Shown in pieces: positions 39,180-51,174 of a DNA stretch of 64,000 nt (position 1 is its first letter; every line of letters starts with the position of its first letter). A model generated the notes under the pieces. It saw only the letters and a list, made by a program, of their open reading frames with translations. It had not been told where the DNA came from and did no database searches. The DNA is from Macrostomum lignano (Eukaryota), in the NCBI GenBank assembly GCA_002269645.1, contig NIVC01000889.1, positions 310,001 through 374,000 on the forward strand, in the 5' to 3' direction. Position numbers and translations under genes: made by a program.

Positions 39180-39708
39180 TAATATCCCCAATCTTTATAC
39201 CCCCAATCTTCATATCCTCCAATCTTCATATCCCCAATCTTCATATCCCCAGTCTCCATCTTCCCCAATCTTCATATCCCCAATCTCCATCTTCCCCAAT
39301 CTTCATATCCCCAATCTCCATCTTCCCCAATCTTCATATCCCCAGTCTCCATCTTCCCCAATCTTCATATCCCCAATCTCCATCTTCCCCAATCTTCATA
39401 TCCCCAATCTCCATCTTCCCCAATCTTCATATCCCAGTCTCCATCTTCCCCAATCTTCATATCCCCAATCTCCATCTTCCCCAATCTTCATATCCCCAAT
39501 CTCCATCTTCCCCAATCTTCATATCCCCAATCTCCATCTTCCCCAATCTTCATATCCCCAATCTCCATCTTCCCCAATCTTCATATCCCCAGTCTCCATC
39601 TTCCCCAATCTTCATATCCCCAATCTCCATCTTCCCCAATCTTCATATCCCCAATCTCCATCTTCCCCAATCTTCATATCCCCAGTCTCCATCTTCCCCA
39701 ATCTTCAT
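39180..39708. repeat. Minisatellite, 31-bp unit CCCCAATCTTCATAT-CCCCAATCTCCATCTT
   Basis: About 16 copies; 15+16-bp halves. Confidence 0.96.
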
Positions 39709-40589
39709 AATCCGCTCTGCTACCTATTCACCGTTCCCAGAATTGTCTTGTTCTATCTCTTATCTATCTTTCTAACTCTCTCTTTTCTATTGTCTGTATA
39801 TTATCCGTAAGAAATTTATATTTTCATTAAAAAATGTCTCAATCTTTAATCAATTGACTGTCTCTCTTTGTCCAGACGGGCGGCCCTGCTGCAGCCGCAA
39901 AGAAACTCCAATCGATTTTTGCAGAGTTCGTGCAGACGGCAGCTTGACAAGTCAGCTGTCGCGGGCCATAATTCATGCGGTTCCGGCACTACCCCCCCCT
40001 GCGCCCAACAAATATTTGATGAAAATACGGGCGCACAATCGCATTCTTAGCAGAACAAATAAATTTCTTAGGATTGATTGCGCCAGCCTCAATTAATGAG
40101 GCTGTTTGTGACCACCCAGTCAGTATTACATACTTGTGCTGATACTGGAACTTACCAAGTTCCTGCTAAACAGAGGCCAAGATTCCGGAATTGCGGAATT
40201 CGAGAGGTCAAAGTGGCGGCGGCAGCAGCGGCCCCCCCCCCACCTACAGCTATTACAGTCTGTGGAATTTGAAAAGTAGCAGCTTACAATGCTGGGATCC
40301 GACTACCCCCGCTCTCATGTCAACTTGACAATGTCACGAATGAAGCTTGACAAAGTGACCTGTCTGGTGACAGGGCTCTGGAGCTGCCGTTCGACTCTGA
40401 GGTTTCACCCAGCTCTATTTAGGGAACTAGGGAATAGAGAGATAAGACAGAGACAGCTCAGATTTAGATATATAGATTATCCAATAACTGTGGAAGAAAG
40501 CGAGCAATGGAATCCGAGTAGAGCTCATGATCATTAATGATCATAGTCATTGCTCATGATCATAGTCATTGTTCATGATCATAATAGAG

Positions 40590-41700
40590 CAAGACAAGTA
40601 GAGAGATCCAACAAGTAGAGATAGAACAAGAGAAGTGAGAGATAGAACAAGAGAAGTGAGAGATAGAACAAGAGAAGTGAGAGATAGAACAAGAGAAGTG
40701 AGAGATAGAACAAGAGAAGTGAGAGATAGAACAAGAGAAGTGAGAGATAGAACAAGAGAAGTGAGAGATAGAACAAGAGAAGTGAGAGATAGAACAAGAG
40801 AAGTGAGAGATAGAACAAGAGAAGTGAGAGAGAGAGAACAAGATAAGTGAGAGAGAGAACAAGAGAAGTGAGAGATAGAACAAGAGAAGTGAGAGAGAGA
40901 GAACAAGATAAGTGAGAGAGAGAACAAGAGAAGTGAGAGATAGAACAAGAGAAGTGAGAGAGAGAACAAGAGAAGTGAGAGATAGAACAAGAGAAGTGAG
41001 AGATAGAACAAGAGAAGTGAGAGATAGAACAAGAGAAGTGAGAGATGCAACGAGAAAAGTGAGAGATAGAACAAGAGAAGTGAGAGATGCAACGAGAAAA
41101 GTGAGAGATAGAACAAGAGAAGTGAGAGATAGAACAAGAGAAGTGAGAGATAGAACAAGAGAAGTGAGAGATAGAACAAGAGAAGTGAGAGATAGAACAA
41201 GAGAAGTGAGAGATAGAACAAGAGAAGTGAGAGATAGAACAAGAGAAGTGAGAGATAGAACAAGAGAAGTGAGAGAGAGAGAGAACAAGATAAGTGAGAG
41301 AGAGAACAAGAGAAGTGAGAGATAGAACAAGAGAAGTGAGAGATAGAACAAGAGAAGTGAGAGAGAGAACAAGAGAAGTGAGAGATAGAACAAGAGAAGT
41401 GAGAGATAGAACAAGAGAAGTGAGAGATAGAACAAGAGAAGTGAGAGATAGAACAAGAGAAGTGAGAGATAGAACAAGAGAAGTGAGAGATGCAACGAGG
41501 AAAGTGAGAGATAGAACAAGAGAAGTGAGAGATAGAACAAGAGAAGTGAGAGATAGAACAAGAGAAGTGAGAGATAGAACAAGAGAAGTGAGAGATAGAA
41601 CAAGAGAAGTGAGAGAGAGAACAAGAGAAGTGAGAGAGAGAACAAGAGAAGTGAGAGATAGAACAAGAGAAGTGAGAGATAGAACGAGAGAAGTGACAAG
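40590..41700. repeat. Purine-rich minisatellite, 21-bp unit GAGATAGAACAAGAGAAGTGA
   Basis: About 50 copies. Confidence 0.97.
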
Positions 41701-41736
41701 AGATCTCTGCTCTCTACTCGCACCTGTCTCCTACAG

Positions 41737-41765
41737 ATGTGGCGTCAATCGCTGAAGCAGAGCAA
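41737..41765 (+). other. Candidate 29-nt exon
   Basis: CACCTGTCTCCTACAG| acceptor and AA|GTGAGC donor immediately after a minisatellite. Confidence 0.25.
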
Positions 41766-42429
41766 GTGAGCGCCGCCCGCTATCAAGATTAAAACAGCCT
41801 AAAGCGGCAGGATTCGCATTTGCCAATTAGCAAGAATTTTTGCCGAACACAGCAAAAGCATTGACCTCTCTTCTAGCTCTCTCCGGTGTCATTCAACCAG
41901 CCGCGATCTAGCCACTGATATCGGGTCCCGATCCCATGGGAATACTTGAAATTCCCTATGCAACTATGCGTAGCCCGCGCCCAAGATGGACAAGTCTTGA
42001 ATGACAGCGCAACAGCGCAGACGAGGAAGCAGGTGCCAGAAAAATCGCGAGAAATTTTTCAACAACACGCGCAGGTCCGACTTCGGCATGCGGTTTACCT
42101 GTCAATCAGTTTTTGGGAGAAGTGAAACTCTGGCCCATTGTCTAACCTTCCCTATCTGGTCTACTCAACATCAAGGTTGTCAAGCCACTCAATCCATTCA
42201 ACCCCGTATCCTTCACCTTCGCTCTCGAGCTGTAAGCAGCTGTCGGTACGGCATCTGGGATAGAAGTCACCTGCAGTACCTGTTTTGCTCTGGGTTTGTG
42301 ACTTGGAGGTTCCGTATTACCTGCCTGATTCAATCATTCCAGTTCTGAGCCACTAAGTCGACTGTTGGAGTCTCCCTGTCAGAGTTCTTTATTACTGCTG
42401 TCTATTGTAGATCGGGCCTCTGTCAAATA

Positions 42430-42856
42430 TTGTCATTTCCCTCTGTCAGGCTGTGCCATTTCCCTCTGTCAGGCTGTGCCATTCCCTCTGCCAGGCTGTG
42501 CCATTCCCTCTGTCAGGCTGTGCCATTTCCCTCTGTCAGGCTGTGCCATTTCCCTCTGTCAGGCTGTGCCATTTCCCTCTGTCAGGCTGTGCCATTTCCT
42601 CTGTCAGGCTGTGCCATTTCCCTCTGTCAGGCTGTGCCATTCCCTCTGTCAGGCTGTGCCATTTCCCTCTGTTAGGCTGTGCCATTTCCCTCTGTCAGGC
42701 TGTGCCATTTCCTCTGTCAGGCTGTGCCATTTCCTCTGTCAGGCTGTGCCATTTCCCTCTGTCAGGCTGTGCCATTTCCTCTGTCAGGCTGTGCCATTTC
42801 CCTCTGTTAGGCTGTGCCATTTCCTCTGTTTGGCTGTGCCATTTACCCTGTCAGGC
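42430..42856. repeat. Minisatellite, 22-23-bp unit CTGTCAGGCTGTGCCATTTCCCT
   Basis: About 18 copies. Confidence 0.96.
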
Positions 42857-43413
42857 CTCCTTACGAGTACAAGAGCATGTCGGCTTTTACACTTTCTCTC
42901 AGACCAGCTACCATAGCAGGTACTCAAGTGTGCCAATTGTGCACCAACATGCTGATAAATGCATTGAGAAACAGGAGCCAGAGCGGAACCGACTCAATAG
43001 GGGGAATTTTTCGGCACAAAAGAAGCCGCCGCAACGAAAATGATAAAAGCAGAGAGGGATTCGGGAAGAGAGCAAAATAGGATGGGAAAGCTGGGGAGGG
43101 GGGGGGGGTTTCAAGAGTATTGCTGCCTATCTGGAAGGCAAGCGACCTTCCTGTTCGCAAGTGGCTGCACTGGGGAAGTGAGAGAGGCGACAGAGCAGCA
43201 GTTGTGTGGGTTGAGTTTGTGACACTGCAGCGGGGCCGGTCACGGTCAGTGGGTGTCCGTGGCTTCCCTGCGGGGCGGGGAGGTTGAGGCGAGGCTCAAC
43301 AGCCTCTCGATGCGTGGTAACTCATTATTTGGGTCGGCCATTAGCTGGAGTGTGACGGGGGGCTGCCACCAGCCACTGCTCCCAGTGCAGTCCTGCTTGA
43401 TTGACTTTTCCAG

Positions 43414-43473
43414 CATCAGCGCGACGAGATGAAGGAGCTGCTGGGGCTGGGCAGGAGGGCGATGCAGCTCTGA
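43414..43473 (+). other. Candidate terminal coding exon of an unidentified small gene (HQRDEMKELLGLGRRAMQL*)
   Basis: TTGACTTTTCCAG| acceptor and strongly GC3-biased codons like the other genes; no recognisable homology. Confidence 0.25.
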
Positions 43474-43538
43474 AGAGGCTGGGGTCCCGGTCAGGTGGGC
43501 GTGCGAATAACCAGCGATTCTTAAAGTTGCCCCCTCTG

Positions 43539-43539
43539 A

Positions 43540-43575
<36 letters not shown>

Positions 43576-43576
43576 G

Positions 43577-43639
<63 letters not shown>

Positions 43640-43640
43640 G

Positions 43641-43683
<43 letters not shown>

Positions 43684-43760
43684 GTATCTATCTATCTATC
43701 TATCTATGTATCTATCTATCTATCTATCTATCTATGTATCTATCTATCTATCTATCTATG

Positions 43761-43797
<37 letters not shown>
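43539..43797 (-). repeat. (GATA)n microsatellite on the minus strand ((TCTA)n on +)
   Basis: Direct. Confidence 0.99.
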
Positions 43798-43901
43798 CTT
43801 TACATTCCAAGCAAGAATCAATGTCAGAAAAACAGTTCTATTTAATAGTTAACGATAATTTCAAGTAGGAATTAGCTACCAATTTCCAACAAGAAAAAGC
43901 T

Positions 43902-43907
43902 TTTATT
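43902..43907 (-). promoter_or_regulatory. Candidate poly(A) signal of the BCL11-like gene
   Basis: AATAAA on the minus strand ~600 nt downstream of the stop. Confidence 0.35.
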
Positions 43908-44509
43908 TATATTTTGTTGCAGCAGATCAGAACAGCATCGCAGAATTGGGATAGATAACTAACAAACGCCCTTGGCTTGGCCCCATCAAACTGAGAAAAT
44001 GAGAATCTCTCCTGGACCAGGTGGGGGCCGGAGGCTGAGTGTACCTGTGTGCACAATGCATGTCGCAGAAATTTCATCAAGCAACAGGGAACGCGGCAGC
44101 AGGACAACACAAACAGGTCGCGGTAGAAACAGAATGAAAAGCGAATTCCGGTGCTCCCCCCCGTTCGATAGTCAGTTTATCACAAAGCAGTTTTATCAAT
44201 TTGTTGAGATAATAAAACAGACAAATAAATCGATAGAATAAACAGAAATATATAGAAACAGACTAGCGACAGTGGAGCATTTTAGTCAAATATGCAGCGC
44301 ATTGAACCCCTGCCCAGTGCAAGCCGAAGCATCCGAGTATGGGAACGCAAAGAAGAAACTTTACAAATTGAAATTTAATAAAAAGAAGATTCGAAATTTC
44401 GGGAATTGGGGGGGGGGGAGAGCAGAAAGGCGGGACAATTCAGTTCAGTGAGTAATACTTCGACTGTTGTCAGTTGTGAATTGGCTTTAGGAGGCCGAAC
44501 CCCGCGCAG

Positions 44510-46989
44510 TCAGGTGTCAATCTCCTCCGGTTTCGGGCTGTCCACTGCCGGCTCGTCGGTGGGAGATCGCGAGCCGTCGCCCTCGGAGGCGGCGCCGACC
44601 GCGGCGGCTGGAGGTGCCGACAGCTTCGGGTAGTTGTTGTTCTGCAGGCCGAATCCGCGGTGCACCAGATGGTGGTGGTGGTGGTGGTGGTGGCGGTGGT
44701 GCGGCGAGTTCAGCGGCAGCCCGGGTCGCATGGCTGCGGCGGCGGCTGCGGCGGCAGCTACGGCTGCGGACTGCAGATGTGACTGCAGATGCCGGTCCTT
44801 CATGCATTTGCGCATGTGCTTCTCCAGGGTGCTGGGCACCGTGTAGGGCGTGTTGCAGTACTTGCACACGTAGGAGGCCTTGCCATCGCGGCCGTGGGTT
44901 TTCATGTGCCTCGTCAGCTTGCTGCTCTGGGCGCAGGCGTAGTTGCACAGCCGGCATTTGTACGGCTTTTCTCCCGTGTGGCTGCGTCGGTGGACAGTCA
45001 GGTTGGAGCAGTTCTTGAATATCTTGCCGCAGTATTCGCAGGTGTCGCTGCGTCGGTCTCGGGCGGCCGCGGCCATGGCGGCAGCAGCCGCTGCTGCAGC
45101 GGCTGACGATGGAGTGCCGTCCTCGCTGAGGTCGCTTCCTGCTGGAGAAACCGGCTGCGGCGGCGGCGGCGGCGGCGGCGGCGTCCTGGACCGGTGGCGC
45201 CGATGATGCACCTGTGACTGTCGGTGCATCGGTGAAGTTGGCGAACGCATCAGCGCCGAGTTGCTGACGCCGTTACAGCGGGCGCCGCCTCCAGCGGAAG
45301 CCGACGACAAATTGCCGCTGCTGTTGGCGGCGCCGCCGACTTTTGCTTCTCGGGGCAGCGGCGGCGGCGGCGGCGGCGGTGGCTGCGGCGGCAGCTGCGA
45401 ATGGCGATGATGCGGCCGCTGCGGCGAGTGCAGAGCGTCGGAGAGCTGCGGCCGCGGCAGGCTGGTGTACCCCCTGCCTGCCGAGGCGGCCGACGCAGTC
45501 AGCGGGGAGGCTGCAGTCGAAGACTTCGGCAGGAAGCTGGCAAAAGCGGACAGCGCCGCAGCCGACGCTGGCGGGGGCTGCTTGCCGAAGGCGGCCGCCG
45601 CTGCTGCCGCTGCAGCTGCCGCCATCGCCGCTGAAGTTGGACGCGGCGTGGAAGTCCTTGAGCTGGCCGCGTAGAAGTCGCTGAGCATGTGCGGCAGGTT
45701 CCACAGCGGGTGGTGCAACTGCTGACGTTGAGAGGCGGACGCTGGCGGTTGCAGTGGCGGCTGCTGCTGCACAGGAGGCTGCGGCAGCGACAGCAGAGAG
45801 TGCGGATGCTGCTGGGGGTGCGGCAGACTCCCCGCAGGCTCGGAGTCGAGACGAGGCCGTTTGGACAGCGGGTGCCAATCGAATGGGGTCGGATTGTACG
45901 GCGTGATGAAGGGTCTGTAGAGGTAGGACTCCAGCGCCGAGCGGGGAAACGCACTGCCGCTGCCGCTACCGCCGCCGCCGCCGCCAGGAGGGAAGGAGCC
46001 AGCGGCCATCGCGGCAGCGGCCGCCGCAGCCGCAGCGCCCGGGTGCCGGAAGGGGCTGCCAACGCCGAAAGCGGCCGCGGCGGCGGCGGCGAGCGAGGCG
46101 GCGGCTGCCGCAGAAGATGTCGCCTCTCCGTTGCTGACGGAAGTCGACAAAGTCGGCACCGACGGAGCCGCCGATACGGTTGGCGAAATCTGCGGCGGCA
46201 GCGTCGACGGAGGCGGCCGCGGTGGCGCTGGCGGATGCGGCGGGCGAGGGAGCGGAGGAGCTGGTCGGTCCGACTGTCGTTTCTGATGAGGCAGCGGCGG
46301 AGGCGGTGGCAACGATGGAGGCGGCGGAGGCAGCGATGAAGGAGGCGGCGCCGGCTGCTGCTGCTGCTTCTGTGACGGCAGCGGCGGAGAAGCTTCAGGC
46401 GAGGACGACGTCGCCCTGTCTTTGTTGCTCTTCGGCGAATGACTGGACGACGCCGGCTCCTCCAGTTCGAGCGCCGGCGCGCTGGACGGCCGACTCGTCG
46501 GAGCCGCTGCCGCCGGCCCAGCCACCGGTTTAGCCGGTTCGAGCTTGGGACTTCGGCACCGGGTTTCGGTCTTCACCGTCTCGGCCGCGGCAGCGGCGGC
46601 AGCGGCGGCGGCAACGCCGTGAGCTCTCAGCAGCCGCTGTGCCCACAGGAATGAGTTGGTGTCGTATGGATCTCCAACGGCGAGCCGCTCCCGGCGTCGC
46701 TGCCGCCTCTGCAATGACGCCTCGTCCGCCTCCGTTGCCTCCTTCGAGCCTTCCGCCTCGACGTCTTGCTCTACATCGTCTTCTTCTTCTTGCTGATCCT
46801 CTTCTTCAAGATCCTCGTCTTCATCTTCGTCTATCTCGTCTGGTTCGTCCTCGTCATCTTCTGGCTCGTCGGCGTCATCGGCGGTGGCCAGGAAGATCTC
46901 CATGGCGTGCTGGTATTGTGCGTGCTGCATCAGCCGCCAGGCGGAGTAAAACGTGGCCTTGCAGGACTGGCAGACGAACAGGCCGGGCT
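44510..46989 (-). CDS. BCL11: BCL11-family zinc-finger transcription factor, exon 3 (ZF1, acidic and Pro/Ala-rich regions, C-terminal ZF triplet, poly-His)
   Basis: [34 protein letters not shown] matches BCL11 ZF1 ([34 protein letters not shown]). [53 protein letters not shown]...[10 protein letters not shown] matches ZF4-6. Acceptor CCCAG| phase 1. Confidence 0.95.
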
Positions 46990-47064
46990 CTGGGTTGGGT
47001 TTTGGGTTGTGAGGGTTGCGATTAGCTGGGTAGCTCGATTGTCAAATGTCTCACTTTTGCTGTG

Positions 47065-47482
47065 ATCTAATGGCGCTTTTCCTGGAATCTAATGACGATT
47101 TTCCTGGAATCTAACGACGCTTTTCCTGGAATCTAATGTCGCTTTTCCTTTCATCTGATGGCGCTTTTTCTGACATCGAATGTCGCTTTTCCTTTCATCT
47201 GATGGCGCTTTTTCTGACATCGAATGGCGCTTTTCCTGGCGTCTAATGGCGCTTCTCCTGACATCGAATGGCGCTTTTCCTGGCGTCTAATGGCGCTTCT
47301 CCTGACATCTAATGACGCTTTTCCTGGAATCTAATGGCGCTTCTCCTGACAACTAATGACGCGTTTCCTGGAATCTAATGTCGCTTTTCTTTTCATCTTA
47401 TGGCGCTTTTCCTGACATCTAATGGCGCTTTTCCTGGCATCTAATGGCGCTTTTCCTGACATCTAATGACGCTTTTCCTGGC
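47065..47482. repeat. Minisatellite, 22-bp unit TTTTCCTG(GA/AC)ATCTAATGGCGC, BCL11 intron 2
   Basis: About 18 copies. Confidence 0.94.
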
Positions 47483-47589
47483 ATTCCTCTGACATCTTTT
47501 TCCTGACAACTGACATCTAAATTGAAACTTGATTTTCCACAAAAAAGCATTTAAACAAAAATAATTGCTTGAGCAGTTGAGCAGCTCAC

Positions 47590-47748
47590 CTGAGTAGTGC
47601 GTATTCGTGCCGACGTCCTTCAGAGCAGTGCGCCGCCGATTCTCGCCAACTTCAGCGCTGATGCTGCCGGCGCAGACCCGGGCTCCGTCGGGCCCGTCCT
47701 CGCCACTCGCTGCGGTCATTCTCGGCTCAATCTCAAATTTGGTCGCTT
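47590..47748 (-). CDS. BCL11: BCL11-like exon 2 (159 nt, phase 1/1)
   Basis: CTATTTCTGTCTTGCAG| acceptor, CAG|GTGAGC donor. Ends KDVGTNTHYS, giving the D-x-x-x-N-T-x-x-S-E-P linker before ZF1 that I recall from invertebrate BCL11. Confidence 0.85.
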
Positions 47749-50717
47749 CTGCAAGACAGAAATAGAGTTTTATGTTATATTTATCGGCAATGGAAACAAA
47801 GACCTTTGCTCCAGTACTCTGCAATCCTTGTTCTAATCATGCCTTTAAATCTCTGTGCCGTCCTCGCACAGAATTCGTCTTCGAGTGGCCGAGAGGGTCT
47901 GGGGAGGGGGGCGGGCGGGGTCGCCGGCCGTGAGAAACCGGACAGATGCGGCGGCGACTACTGGGCGAAATGGCGAATGAGGGGTGGGTGGGCGAGGGGG
48001 GAAGTGGACCCCGGCCAGCCCCCACCCCACCCTTAGCCCTGAGTTTTTTGTTCGGGAAAAAAAGAAAATGGACAAATGAAATCCGAGGTCGGGGCCCCGC
48101 GCTCCGCCCCCGCCGCGGGGGCCAACGCCGAAAAAACAGGGGGTGTGGGGGGGGGCCGCCTGTCACTTAAAGTCAACCTTCGACCCTCAGGTTTGGCGTC
48201 AATCACTACTGGCTGGCTGGCGGTGGAAATTCGAACCCCGGGCTTTGCTTCGTTGTTGTCATATTCCCCTCCCGCTCTCGCACTCTTGTTTCAAGCATAT
48301 TATTTTTTGCTCGGAGAGCTGCTTCTCTCTGGTTTCGGATTTTATTTCATACGTCAGGTGCCTGGCAACAGAGCCAGACTTCTCAGTCAGTCCCGAGTTC
48401 GAGTGCTTGTTTCGAGGGCGTCCAAAAATATGAGGAGCGTTTTTTTCTCTCAATCGAACAACATCGGAGATTATTACTTGGCTCTCAGGTGGGAATTCCC
48501 AGCTTCAAGCGGAGAGCCCCTTCATCGTTCGGTAGGTCAGGAGGTGCTCGAGCAGTCCGCTTGAGCGACTGTCGGAGTCCACTGGAGATTCAGCCAGCCG
48601 AGTGGGTTTTCACGCACAGCACTCAGGGCAGCTCATTTTTTTAACAACTTGATTTATTATCAAGAAAAGAGTTTGAAATGTTGACCAGTACTGCACATGC
48701 CTTGGCTTGTCAAGTTGGCAAACACGCATCATCGGGGTGGGGGGGGGGGGTTTATGACCGCGATCTCCGATCTTTGTCTACTTAACTTTAAAACGATCTA
48801 CGAGACGTCGTGGTTGAAAGGAATTTGCTCAAAGATCCTCCTTATCTAGCCAATAATCTGCAGACCGCTTCCTTCTTTCGATGTTTTCTCTTCCTCTTGA
48901 CGGCATTCCACATCGCCACAGCAACGAAAGAGATCAAAGCTGGTTTTTTTTCGAATCGTTCTATAAAAATTAAAGCTACGTCTCGGTCCTGTGCGTGATC
49001 TGTGAGCTTTTAGTTGAGTAGAAATGACTTATTGAGCTGGTTCCGCCTGATAAGCCGCATGGAAACCGGACACCCTCGTGTCCGCTTTGTGACAACAAAT
49101 AATTTTCTGCGAGGCAAATAAACAGTTGGCACCTATCTTCTTTGCTTGTCTGTTGGTTCCGTGTCCAAACTGGGGGGGGACGTGACCAGGCCCAGCCCCG
49201 AATATTGGCATATAAAATATAATTATGGAAATTTGTTCGCTGGTCTCTCTTGCGTGTTTGCGCTCCGCTGGTCATCAAAAACTCGTGTCTCCACCGGCCC
49301 TTATAGAGCCAAGGCTTGCGCTGCTGGATGGGTCCAGTTTTTTATTGCTCTTGGCAACAAGACCCTTGAACTGGGAGAGAAAAAACTATGCTCATATTGC
49401 TACAGTGTTTGCTAGCGTCACTGGCTAGCTGAGCAGATGCTCAAGCCCACCCGGGCCTCGCTTCAGCTGAGCTTGGAGTGGCGGTTGAAGCTTGAAAATT
49501 GTTGTTGTTTTTTTTCATTCCCATTTTATCCTCTATAAGCCTGGCCCACTCCCAGACTGTGTGCGAGTGCGCTGTAGGAAATTCTCTAATTGAGCTTTAT
49601 GGCCATTTTCGGCCTTTCGGATTCGGTTGGCTTGGACCACTAGAGCTCTCCAGGCGAATTGGGATGGTTGCCAAGTTTCTGCATTGATAACGGCTGCCTG
49701 CCCCGTGGGGAGAGAGGAGAGACGAGGGCAGAGGAGAGGAGAGAGGAAAAATAGAGAGGAGAGGAGGGATGAGAGAAGAGAGGAGAGAAGAGAGAAGAGA
49801 GAGAGGGGAGGAGACGGAAAGGGAAGAGCCAGCTGTATAGCAGAAGCACGGGCAAAAGCCTGCATGTCACTCCCAGAAACAATGGAGATTTTTTAAAATC
49901 TGCACTTAACTCCCAGATCCTCGAATTCCACTTTTTGACTCTTCCCATTCGAGGAACTCCCCCCAGGTGACGCGACTGAGGATTAGAATTTATTTTATCG
50001 CCTACAAGTGGCAATCGGGATTCAGAGATGGATTAGGACCACTGGGATTTCGCGGCTCAAAGTGGGGAACGCAGCTGAGATGCTGGTATAGGCCTACTCA
50101 TCTTTCCATCATCTGGGAGCCATTGTCCTTAAAATGCTTTATTGCTCTGTCTAAAGCAGGATTTTTTAGGATTGAAGAATAAAGGGAAAAATTGGGAGGA
50201 TTTTCTGCCTTTTTGCGCTTTCTTGTTGCTCCTCTTCCCCTAGGGGAGGGAGGGAGCGGCTGGACGAGCAGCTTGGCAGGACTGGGACATCGTCTGAATT
50301 TTAATAAGACTCAGGCTGCATCAACCGACTGGCTGAGCAGCATCTTGATTGACAATTTCAGGAATTGCCAATCTGCAATGGCGGTTAGCGTTGAAGCACC
50401 TCTGGTGACTGCACGGACTGGTCGCTGCTGAAGGAGTCTCAGCCTCAACCGGTTTGAGTAGAACTGTGTGGACAATAGTCATGCCCTCGGCTGATAAATC
50501 CTCGCGTTTTGCCTCTCCATCAGTATGCCACTCAAGGCCCTTCTAGCTCCAGCAGTCACCTGACTGATTGTGGGAGAAATGCCTCCTATATGGGCATATA
50601 TTCAAAGGAATTTTTTTGGAACAAAAGGCAACTTTACCTCTCCTCTCATCTCTCATCATTATGTCGCCAGTGCTATCTGTCAGAGAAATTCACCCGACCT
50701 GCTGGGATTCTATCCTT

Positions 50718-51174
<457 letters not shown>

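Noticed and set aside
40590-41755. (RDRTREV)n ORFs resembling the CLASRP RD tail
   Set aside because: Product of a 21-bp purine-rich array, interrupted by stops, 5 kb beyond the CLASRP stop, with no flanking splice or start signals in frame.
44517-46654. Many overlapping and antisense ORFs over BCL11 exon 3 (also over DCP2 exon 2 and CLASRP exons 10 and 14)
   Set aside because: Shadow frames of GC-rich, trinucleotide-repeat coding sequence with no independent motifs.
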